Under the pieces are notes generated by a model. That model worked only from the letters and a program-made list of their open reading frames with translations. It did no database searches and had not been told where the DNA came from. Both the position numbers and the translations under genes were made by a program. 64,000 nucleotides of DNA from Mayamaea pseudoterrestris (lineage: Eukaryota), in NCBI GenBank assembly GCA_027923505.1, contig BROI01000013.1, positions 744,001 to 808,000 of the forward strand, given 5' to 3'. This document shows, in pieces, positions 33,436-43,248 of this stretch. Within the stretch, counting starts at the first letter, position 1. Every line of letters starts with the position of its first letter.

Positions 33436-34458
33436 ATGCAATCAAAATTTCCTCGTCCAAATGACGGTGAAAAGGATGAAAAGATTCGTTTGCAGCAATC
33501 CCAACGATCCAAACTGCTGTGGCTAAGCATGCTGATTCTACTTTTCATTCTGTGTGCGGCCATGTACTTGGCGTCGTCCCCAAACGTCAAGCAAGCCCTG
33601 AATGTACAGCGAGTGAAAATGACGACGGAAACGGCCGCCAAGCTACGAAACATTGTTAGTCACGTCGCCAACGAGGAGCGACAAGTCAAGGAGAAGCAGC
33701 AGCAACCGAAAGCAATCGATCCAGTCGTTACCTTCTCGTCACTACTAGAGGCAGAGTACGGCAAGCTCGATGCTGAGACTCGTAGAATAAAAGCGACGGG
33801 CGTCATCATGGAGAAGGATCCAGCGTCGCAACGAGTCATTTCACAACTCCAAGATTTAGCGCGCAAGCTCATTGTGGCAAAGTACGGCCAGCGCTCCGCC
33901 TATCGCGTCCGACTCGATGTGGAGTTTCAACCATCCATTCCCGATTTTGTGGCAAACGGCAAGGACGGTAGCTTGATTATTGAAATGGCGCCCATTCACT
34001 TGATACCCGTGAGTGTCTACACGTTTCTGGAGGTGGCGCGCACGTATAAATCGGGCAGCTTTCACCGCAACGCCGATCACGTTCTGCAGGCGGAGGTACA
34101 CTCCGGCGTGACCAAGAGTCTGCCCTTTCAAGAGTATTCACCAGAGTTTCCACACACAAAAGGCACGACGGGGTACTGCGGGCGGCCGTCGGGGCCGTGC
34201 TTTTACGTGAGCATTCAAGACAACATTCGCAACCATGGACCGGGGAGTCAGCAAAAGCATAATCCCTATGAAGCGGATGCCAATTTTGGAAGAGTCGTGC
34301 AAGGTATGGATGATGTGGTTCCGCGCATTCATACAGTGCCGCAAAAGGAGTGGCTTGACGAAAAGAATAAAGTGTACATACGAAACATGCACATTTTGGT
34401 GCCAAAGAATAACGACAATCTGGACGAAGGCTTTGTCGAATGGAAGCAAGAATTATAA
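33436..34458 (+). CDS. Type II membrane protein with divergent cyclophilin-like domain
   Basis: One TM (LLWLSMLILLFILCAAMYL); PVSVYTFL, GSFHRNADHVLQ, FQEYS...H..GT, FYVS, FGRVVQGMD match the cyclophilin fold pattern. Confidence 0.7.
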   Translation: MQSKFPRPNDGEKDEKIRLQQSQRSKLLWLSMLILLFILCAAMYLASSPNVKQALNVQRVKMTTETAAKLRNIVSHVANEERQVKEKQQQPKAIDPVVTFSSLLEAEYGKLDAETRRIKATGVIMEKDPASQRVISQLQDLARKLIVAKYGQRSAYRVRLDVEFQPSIPDFVANGKDGSLIIEMAPIHLIPVSVYTFLEVARTYKSGSFHRNADHVLQAEVHSGVTKSLPFQEYSPEFPHTKGTTGYCGRPSGPCFYVSIQDNIRNHGPGSQQKHNPYEADANFGRVVQGMDDVVPRIHTVPQKEWLDEKNKVYIRNMHILVPKNNDNLDEGFVEWKQEL

Positions 34459-34678
34459 TATGCTATGGACGGCTCTAAAATCTGGACAAAGGTGAATGAC
34501 CGAAAGGAGATGGTAGCTCTGTCGTTAATGAGGCGTTTGTAAACTACGGGCGCCACTGATGCTACGTACTGGGAGTTGTGAGAGTGGCAGGTCGCAAGTC
34601 TTGATATTGCTTCCGATGCAACATAAAAAAGCAACGCGCTTGGTACTACATTATAGTAACAATTGTAGCTCTTGCAAC

Positions 34679-35581
34679 TCAATTAAATCTATGCATCGCA
34701 AATAGTGTAAAGACTGTAATGAACACAATGAGAAACGCCAATGCGTGGCTGGCCAAGCACGACACTGGAACCTTGTCCAGCTGCGGCCAGTAAGTAACTT
34801 TGGTGACGCGGTAGCGGCAGCCAACAATGTCTTCCTTGTCCTGAATGCCAAGGAGAATTGTCACTGCCATGCACAAGTAAATGGCAGGTCCGAGAGCTGT
34901 ATGCAGACGCAGAGCCGACGCCGTTTCGGTTGGCTTGAGGTTTCTAACATTGACGCCAAAGGTACTCGCGCCCGCAAATAGCTGGTAAAAGTACAGCGCC
35001 AGTACCAACACTCCGATCCACGAGTGCAAACTGTACAGATTGGCAATCAAACCACTGATTGGGTCGTCATGCGCGTGAAACACTCCCACAATCCCCATGA
35101 TCAAGCACACACCAGCCACCACCCACGGCAGTGCGTGCAGAACAAACTTGACCATCCATCGACTATTGCTGCTGCTACTGCTGTTGCTACTGCTGAATAC
35201 AGAAACCCGAAAGGCCAGTGACGCCAACGTCATGAGCATAAAGGCCGTCGTCATGCAGAAAATATGCCAGTTGAACGCCAAGGAAGCGCGGCCGGGCCGC
35301 CAGCCCAAGCCGCCCAGCAAGTGAATCCAAACACTTGCCACGCCCATGGTGGGAAGGCAGAGAAGCTGCGCCAACGTGCCAAACCTGCGTTGCCAGTGAT
35401 GAAGATGATTGTCTTCGTCTTGGTTATTTTCGTCTGTGCTGCTGCTGCTGCTGCTTGGTGGAGAAGCTGTCGGAACATTGTCACTCGTCGTAGTCGGCAG
35501 CAGCAGCAACGGATCCGATTCGGTCGGTGACCTAGCGTCGTAAAAATCATTCGACAAATAGTTGGCCATTGTATGCGCCAT
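34679..35581 (-). CDS. Cytochrome b561 (ascorbate-dependent transmembrane reductase)
   Basis: Four heme His motifs: AFNWH, KFVLH, NLYSLHSWIG, LRLH..LG; exact start uncertain. Confidence 0.9.
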   Translation of the reverse strand: MAHTMANYLSNDFYDARSPTESDPLLLLPTTTSDNVPTASPPSSSSSSTDENNQDEDNHLHHWQRRFGTLAQLLCLPTMGVASVWIHLLGGLGWRPGRASLAFNWHIFCMTTAFMLMTLASLAFRVSVFSSSNSSSSSNSRWMVKFVLHALPWVVAGVCLIMGIVGVFHAHDDPISGLIANLYSLHSWIGVLVLALYFYQLFAGASTFGVNVRNLKPTETASALRLHTALGPAIYLCMAVTILLGIQDKEDIVGCRYRVTKVTYWPQLDKVPVSCLASHALAFLIVFITVFTLFAMHRFN

Positions 35582-36581
35582 GACTTGATGCTGTCTGATG
35601 TAATGCTGGCGGCCTTTTGCAGGGCGCATCAACGTGACAATCTTCCATCTGAGTTTTTACTCCCACAATCCATAAGCGTGCTGCACACGTGTACAAATTC
35701 ACTCGTGCTGTACTTACAAGCAGCAATGACAAGGGTCTGCTACCGGTATGCCGACGATTCTCGAATGGGGCCAGTTAGACAAACGTCTGCTTGCGCGATA
35801 GTCTTCCATATAGTATTATGTTGGTCGACATGGGTAGCGCCGAAAGTGCACACTGCTCGGTTTTCTGTTCCGACAAGGTAGCAGTGTCGCTCCATTTTCG
35901 CACGACTCGAGAAGATCTTGTCATTGAGCAGCGCTGCGGCATGCCTAAATTCGAAAATTCGACCAAGCAGCGGCGGCTTCCAACAGCCGCACACAAGAAT
36001 GCGAACTAAAAAAATGTATCAGGAAGGCTCGCCTGGCTATTGGGCACTGCGCTTGCCGGCCTGGTTCTCGTTGGCTTCTGTGACATCAAGCGGAGCACGA
36101 CGACCTTGATCACGTTTCAAATGCAACCGCTGCTGCTTCAAATGAACCCATCGGCCAAAAGGTCGCGGAGAGCAACTTAGCGGAACAACCTCTTGCACAA
36201 CTGTTTGCAAGCTGCTCGCCGGGGTGTCCGATTTGGCAGGGATGCTCAAATACTACGATCGTTTAGTAACGGCAGTCGTCAGCTGACTGCACAACACTCG
36301 TGACTCCTTGGGATGTCTCTCTGCTTGCACTTGTAAACGACGCGGACGTGCTTTTCTCCTCATGTCCCCTTGCGACGATGCGGTGTGACGGTGAAAAGAA
36401 TGACGCTCACATAAACATCCCGGCGCCCTCGCCCATCATGCTCAAAGTAGAAGCTCGCTCACAGAACTAAAACACTCATCAATTTCCTCACAATATACGC
36501 AACGCACTTGACAATGGAGAATGAACAAGGTACCTAGTATCAGGCAAAAGCAAGTTTCTGTAACTAGCGTAGCTTTATTAT

Positions 36582-37268
36582 TTACTTAGCAGCAGCATAC
36601 CACTCCTTCACTTCCGGAAGCGCCTTGAAACGTTCAAGAAACGCGGTAAGCTCGGGATACTTGCTCAGCGAGTCGGCTGGAACGTGGTCCATGTAGCCAC
36701 GCGTGAACGCATTGAGCTGGCAAAAGGCCGCGCAATCCGCAATCGTCGGCTGATCCTTGCTCGCCATCCAAACGCCACCACTCTTTTCAATCATGCTGGC
36801 AATATGCTTGGCATGCTCGGGCAGCTTGGTCTCCAACCAGTTGGTCCGCATTTGCTTAATCTTCTCCTTGCCTTCGTCCGTCTTGCCAAAGTCTTGCGGA
36901 TATCCAAAGTCTTGCGGACTCATACCCATGTACAAACAGGGAGACCAACTAGTCCAAAAGTCATTAACAACACCAAGGGCTTCCTCAATGTCGAAGAGTT
37001 GCTCGCGCGGATACAAGGTATCACTGCATGTAGCGCCAACGTAGCGCAGCATGGCCATGCTTTGCGTCCGCGGTGCACCACCGTCAATCGTCATGAGCGG
37101 CAACTTGCCACTGGGCGTGGTTGGTTTCAAAGCAGGCCAGTTGCTAAAGTTGACGCGGTCGTCCTCAAAGGGCGTCTTGCTCAGCACGAACGCCAAGCGG
37201 ACTTGTTCGCCGACTCCGGCAATGTCAAAGTACGTGAGTTTGATGGATGGCTTGGTGGCGGATGTCAT
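36582..37268 (-). CDS. Glutathione S-transferase (sigma-like)
   Basis: KLTYFDIAGVGEQVRL, FEDDRV, LKPTTPSGKLP, TQSMAMLRY, PTIAD, ALPEVKEWY. Confidence 0.93.
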   Translation of the reverse strand: MTSATKPSIKLTYFDIAGVGEQVRLAFVLSKTPFEDDRVNFSNWPALKPTTPSGKLPLMTIDGGAPRTQSMAMLRYVGATCSDTLYPREQLFDIEEALGVVNDFWTSWSPCLYMGMSPQDFGYPQDFGKTDEGKEKIKQMRTNWLETKLPEHAKHIASMIEKSGGVWMASKDQPTIADCAAFCQLNAFTRGYMDHVPADSLSKYPELTAFLERFKALPEVKEWYAAAK

Positions 37269-37944
37269 GGTAGTCGAAAATAGCAATGAGATGATGGCGA
37301 AGAATAAGCTGACGAACATGTAAGCGTAAAGGTTTGAGTGGTTGTCGAGGGCGACTGATCGTCCAAGTAAAGCCGGAACGAATCCGAAGCAAATCGAAGC
37401 TCGAATAGATTCCTTCTTGTGAGCGTTCATGGTGGAACGTTTTGGTTGGCTAGTTTAAACAGTCGCAGTACGACACTTAGCTATCGACGCTTTTAGTGCT
37501 AAAGGTATTTCGCGAGTGGAAATCTCAGATCCCTTGGCTACAACACTTCTTGTTACTGATAAAACATTTCTTTCTGATTTTACATTACAACTAATATAGT
37601 AGAGGTTCTAGTTTTTATCTGTATATGGGCTGGCAATATGATTTGACTTGGCTACACTTGCGACGCGTTTTGCCTGCCCCTGCATCGTCGCTAACGACTC
37701 CCTCCGCGATTTGCCTGACCACTGCCTCGTCGCTATAAAATTTACTGTGAAATTTGTACAACAGCTTACCGTATTGTGGTTTAAAGATATACTTAGTTAT
37801 CACTGCAAAGGTTTATATTTACTGTAAGTACGCGCTTCCGGTACTTGTCCAATTATTACCGCAAATCATCTTGAATGGACTTTGTTGATCAACAGTGGCT
37901 GTAGCTCCTCATCGCACGGAACAGTGTCTCGTTGGTAAGTCTAT

Positions 37945-38289
37945 CTACTGCAGAAACGCAGTCATTGCCAACACGGATGATGCTCCCAAGCACTTTGCGA
38001 AGGTTGCAGTGGCACCGGAATCAATGATGTCGCCGACATTGTCGCCAACGTCTTCATTGTTGTTATCATCGCCGTCTTCACCGTCATCACCGTTGTTACT
38101 ATCAATCACGCCATTGTTATCACCATCGTCACCATTGCCATCGTCAGTGTCAATCACGCCATCATTCTCGTTGTCGGCGTTCGAAGTGATGACCGTCGTT
38201 GGCGCACTGGCAGGCGCATCTTGGGCCAGGTTCATGGTGCATGCCGAAAGGATGACCGTGATGAGAAGAAGCAACTTGGAACGAAACAT
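37945..38289 (-). CDS. Small secreted, D/N/G-rich, probably GPI-anchored protein (paralogue 1)
   Basis: Signal MFRSKLLLLITVILSACTMNLA; acidic core; SGA followed by hydrophobic tail LGASSVLAMTAFLQ. Confidence 0.75.
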   Translation of the reverse strand: MFRSKLLLLITVILSACTMNLAQDAPASAPTTVITSNADNENDGVIDTDDGNGDDGDNNGVIDSNNGDDGEDGDDNNNEDVGDNVGDIIDSGATATFAKCLGASSVLAMTAFLQ

Positions 38290-39042
38290 GTTAGGTATTT
38301 AAAAGTGAGGTGCTGCGTCGTTTTAAGCTCTGGATTAAGTTTGTGAACATCAATCGTCCATGCTCAGTCCATGTGATGTTGACGCCCCAGCGGGCGACGA
38401 AGATCTTCGACAAAGTCGCGAGCTACGGGATAGCGCCCATCGAAGTCTCTCATTTGACACGATTCTGTGAGTCTCTCTGCGACGTTTTGGCAGACACGCA
38501 ACACCATTTTTAGCTATCGAACAAAATTCTTGATTATTATGAGCGAGTATATATTATATTAAATATGTTGCCTGCCTTCCAATGCTTCAGCAACGATATC
38601 AAAGTACCAACAACAGTTTAGTCAGACCGGAAGATATAGACGGCTCGTTGCACCGGGAATGCCAGCAACCTCCATAATAGCAGCTGCACACTCGCAGCTT
38701 GTCATAGGCTTGTTATAGCAACCAACTGATCGTTTGTTTTTACAGACGAGTGTAGCGTAATGGTGTCGCTTCTGTGTGTCCTCGTGTCATCATTCGTCTG
38801 CAGTAAACGTTAGCCTTCTTGGTGGTAGTCTTGAAAACGCTTGAGCCCGCAATTGCACTAAACTTGCGAAAAAGCTGCGGACAAGTGTACCGCGCAGACT
38901 GCCAAGAAAATAAAAGCTAGTTGCACGCTAGAGTACGACATACTTGCATTTTCCATGGGTAACTTCAACTATTAATTACGGTAGATGGAAGTTTACAGCA
39001 CTACATCAATTCATTCCCCATAGCACATAGCTGCTGTCCTGT

Positions 39043-39282
39043 CTACTGCAGAAACGCGGTCATGGCGAGGACCGATGAAGCTCCCAAGATTTTTCCAAAC
39101 GATGAAGCGGCAGAAGAGTCGCCACTATCACCAAGAATGCTGTCCTCCGAATTGGCATCATCCGTGTCGTCCTCGGCCGTCGCGTTCACTGACGGCGCAA
39201 CCGCCGGCGACTCTTGCGCAAGGCTCATGGAGCACGCCGAAAGGACGATGAGTAAAAGAAGGAGCAAGTTGGCACGGAACAT
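39043..39282 (-). CDS. Small secreted acidic, probably GPI-anchored protein (paralogue 2, 79 aa)
   Basis: Signal MFRANLLLLLLIVLSACSMSLA; tail LGASSVLAMTAFLQ identical to paralogue 1. Confidence 0.75.
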   Translation of the reverse strand: MFRANLLLLLLIVLSACSMSLAQESPAVAPSVNATAEDDTDDANSEDSILGDSGDSSAASSFGKILGASSVLAMTAFLQ

Positions 39283-40067
39283 CTTGTTGCTGACTGGTTG
39301 GTATAATAACTGGCCACACTGCGGATCCGTTTGTGGACGTGCGATGGAGACGATGATGTGAAGCATCGGCACGCGCAAGCATGCGGCGCTTCGAAGGATC
39401 TTCATAAACAGCGGCGCGCCGTTTTATCGAAATCTGTTTGGCACGACTGCTTACCAGTAACGCTGCGACGAAATGAGAGGATGCATTAGCTATCTACAGT
39501 AATCCTATTCAATAGAAATACATGTCACCATGGAATGGTCTACACAATGGGCATGGCCAATATTACGTAGCCAATTTCTCACCCAAAGCTAACCCGTAAT
39601 TTGCGACGAGCAAGAATATTGATATTGCATCTTCTTTCGACTGCAGCGTATGGGCGTACGTATGAGCTCGCTACTGCTAAGGAACGCAGCGCCACATGCA
39701 CTCGTAACGAACGGTCCATTGCCCATATCTTCCGGTCCGCTTTTCGAGAGAATGAAGGTGTTGCATGCATGCTACCAGTGTGCGTGTGAGTGCTTGTACA
39801 CCTGGGTGTGAGCCGCTTGGCCGACAGCGCGCGATAGTGCAATTATAGTATGTCATTGATCGCAGCATGGCTCTGATGTCTTGTATCACAAGCTCTACCA
39901 TGAGCAGAGTATGAGTATCGCGTTTCACTATACGTGAATGCTATAGTTATACCGATATGCATTAGTCTAGCTTACAAATTATTGCACTAAGAAGTCTGCT
40001 ACGCAATACCACCTTATGCAACATCATTGTTTTACAATGCAGCAAAGTATCATTCCGAGCACCCTTT

Positions 40068-40775
40068 TTATTGCAGAAGCGACACCACTGACAGTAATAG
40101 TAACCCTCCCAAGCGTTTCGTAATAGCTGCTCCACTGGTAGCCGCATTGTCATCCAAGATGCTATCCTCCGAGTTGGCATCGTCCGTGTCCGCTGCCGCC
40201 GTCGTTGGAGCAGCAGCAGGCGCACTAGTAGCACCACCAGCCGCAGGCGCGCTAGTAGCTCCTCCAGCGGCAGCTTGCGGCAAGGTGGAGAGTGGATAAA
40301 AGATGAACACGTCCTCGCATTCCACGCTGCGTCCATCCGGCAGGTTGCTGCAGTCGGCGCTCAGCTCCTGCATGTCATTGTCATCATCCAAACAGAGACT
40401 GCACGCGCGGCACTCCTCATTGTTCACCAAGACGGTGCAGTTGCCCACGTTTTCCCACGACACACTGACGCTCACATTGGTTTCGTAGTCGGCCGCATTG
40501 TCGAGCGTCGACACGTCCGTGCCATTCTCCAGTCCATTGTAAAAGAAGAAGTCGTACGTATTGGGACCAAGGTAAACGGTCGTGCCATTCTCCAGCATGG
40601 CCGGGGACGGCGTCGTGCCGCCGTACGTGGCGCAAACGATGGGGTCGTTGTCTTCGCCTTCGAAATCAACCTCGGCGCACGTGACAGTGGTGCTGAGAAA
40701 GGCGGCAGCGTCCGCGTAGCGAGTAGTGCATGATGCAATCAAGACTGTCAAGAGAAGCAGGGAGGAACGAAACAT
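40068..40775 (-). CDS. Secreted Cys-containing acidic, probably GPI-anchored protein (paralogue 3)
   Basis: Signal MFRSSLLLLTVLIASC; Cys-containing domain; AAGGATSAPA repeats; DTDDANSEDSIL shared with paralogue 2; SGAA then hydrophobic tail. Confidence 0.8.
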   Translation of the reverse strand: MFRSSLLLLTVLIASCTTRYADAAAFLSTTVTCAEVDFEGEDNDPIVCATYGGTTPSPAMLENGTTVYLGPNTYDFFFYNGLENGTDVSTLDNAADYETNVSVSVSWENVGNCTVLVNNEECRACSLCLDDDNDMQELSADCSNLPDGRSVECEDVFIFYPLSTLPQAAAGGATSAPAAGGATSAPAAAPTTAAADTDDANSEDSILDDNAATSGAAITKRLGGLLLLSVVSLLQ

Positions 40776-41396
40776 ATTATATATATAATGTATCTTCGTA
40801 TGTAGTAGCAGCAAGGCAGCTGGCAATTCGTGGCAATGGTTGCAGTCGGAACAAGCGCAAGGATCCATGGTCGAGGTGCATCAAAGATACTCGGCACGGG
40901 CAAGCCGTTGCGACAAATAATATATGAGCGCGCGCCTGATTATGAGTTTCGCTGCGACGCTAGTTTTTTCCGAGTGGCTAGCTACCGTGCGAAAGCCAAC
41001 GGGAATAGGCAGCGGAAATACAAAGCAATAATGGAGTTAATTAATTGAAAAAAGATATAGTTTTGCTATTGACATCAATATAAATGGCAAATACAAGCAA
41101 ATTGATAATGCCCCAGGAGTCTAAGCTGGCGAGTCATTCCGATGGCTGGATTCAACTTGCAATAGATCCTCAAGGCCATTAAATTTTGGTAATTGAAATA
41201 CACTTGCCAAACGCTCAGTAGTTCGAATAAGCAGTAGATGGCTTGTCGTTACCATTCAACATACCCTATTCAAGTGACGAAAAGTATTCATTCGCTAAGA
41301 CATTACGATTGCAAGGCGATTGGACTTTAGCCGCGACTATTACAAGATTGCAACTTTTCGTTTATCCAAACAATCTACCTAATTAAATATTCATTT

Positions 41397-42083
41397 CTAT
41401 TTACTAACGTAGACTCCTTGATCCACTGTGAACAATCCAAACTGATCCGCCGCCGATCGCCCAAAGGCTTCCAAATGCCCCATAATGGGACAGTTTCCAC
41501 CACAATTTTGCGCGGTAAATTCAAGACTGGCGCTGGTTCCCAAATACTTTTGCGTATCCACGTGAAAGAATCGCACCTGGTCGCTGCGGCGCCAGTGTTT
41601 CGACTTCTTGTTCACACATTCGACAATAAAATTGTCACCATTGTCTCCTTGACCATCGCCTTGTCCATAGGCAGACATTTCCTGCTGCCGACTCAGTACG
41701 CTTGGAACGGCGTGCGAGTGCAGATTGCGCCGCGTGTTCAAATGCGTCAAGCGAATCGTAGCGCCGCACGCAATCAAGGTTCCGGCAATGCAGTCGGGCT
41801 CGCCGTGTTTGGCGCGAATCCACCAGAGTGTATCTGTCGTGACGGGGTCCTGCACGAATGTGACAATCTGCTGGCCGCTGCCGGCATTTAGATTCTTGGG
41901 CTCGCTGTTCAAGTAGTAGTTTGTTTCCTTGTGCTTGATTTTGATGGCGCTGCCGCACGTGACGATGGACTCGTCGTCGTCGTGGCTGCTGCTGCTTGAT
42001 GCGGCGCGGCAAACGCTACAGATGAGAAGGAAAATGGAGAATATGGAGAAACCGATTCTTTTATTATTTATTGTATTCGTCAT
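41397..42083 (-). CDS. SDF2: Stromal cell-derived factor 2-like (MIR domains)
   Basis: Signal peptide; VTCGSAIKIKH, GSGQQIVT, IRLTHLNTRRNLHSH, GDNGD, VRFFHVDT, PIMGHLE. Confidence 0.9.
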   Translation of the reverse strand: MTNTINNKRIGFSIFSIFLLICSVCRAASSSSSHDDDESIVTCGSAIKIKHKETNYYLNSEPKNLNAGSGQQIVTFVQDPVTTDTLWWIRAKHGEPDCIAGTLIACGATIRLTHLNTRRNLHSHAVPSVLSRQQEMSAYGQGDGQGDNGDNFIVECVNKKSKHWRRSDQVRFFHVDTQKYLGTSASLEFTAQNCGGNCPIMGHLEAFGRSAADQFGLFTVDQGVYVSK

Positions 42084-43248
42084 GATGATCCGTCTCTGCA
42101 GGTTGACGCTGTGAGTAAGGCAGACGAAATCTCGTCATGGCCGAACATTTTTCCGTCGGCAAGTTCCTCGTGGCAGAAACGGAGCGACATAATGGCACGC
42201 CGGGCGAGTATGCCTGGCTCGTCGCTTGGCGTCGAACAAGGCGGAACATAAACGAAAGTATGTCGCACCACGACCAAATTGGCGATGAATCCGTCGATTA
42301 ATCGACCCACCACAGAATTTGCAAGCCGACGACTACGTGACAATGCAAGTTCAGGCCTCTGCTCCGCAGTGGCTTTGTTTCGAACGCGAGTCTACTTTGT
42401 GAATCGCCAGTAGTAATGCGGGAGAGACGCCCAACTTGAGCGTCAAGCGTCACGAATCACGAGCAAGCCTTTTGACGACTACCTTCTCGCTGTCCTCTCC
42501 ATCAATCTCGCAACCCGACTCTTCCGAAACAGTAAAATGATAGTTGCAGTTTGCTGCTCCACAGCAACGCAGTCTTTGAGCTTCTTCGTGTCAGATGCAA
42601 TTTCCTTTCTTTCATCGAAATTGCGAACGATCAAGGCTCGCGGCTCGCCGAATACAAGCAACAAGCACTCTCATTTCGGCAGTCCGCGTATTCGATAGTA
42701 TATGCTGCTCCGTATCGATCGTTTGCAACCCTTTTATTGTCCGCAAATCCAAAGCGACAAGTGATGCGTTCGCTGAAGAGACTAGACGATTGACAGTTGC
42801 AACGTCGCTTTTTACATTGTCAACCCTTAACACGAGCGCGACTTTCCACACAGCCACACAGCAACATGGCATTACCGAGCGATGCAACGCCCTGATATGA
42901 AAAAATGTGGCAGCCGCTAGCCAACTGGTTCTTGGGTTGTTATGAGTGACGACTGTGTATGGTCGCGTCGAATAAGGGGGGGAAAGCAGCCGACACAGAC
43001 TATAACACACGATTGCAGCTGAGATCAGTGTAAATGATGATGAGATTCCCTTTCTGTTTGTAGACGAGTGCATACCTTTTGAAAATGCAAGATCTGGCAG
43101 CAATTAAATAAAGCTTTTGAACTTTTAAATACTGCTCGGAACAAGCGATGAGTGGTTGGAGAGCCGTTTTCTTTTGCCGAATCGCAAGCTTCGCCACTCT
43201 ACAAGTGACAGTAGCGGAAAACTTAAAGAGCAATGCAATACTAACAAG

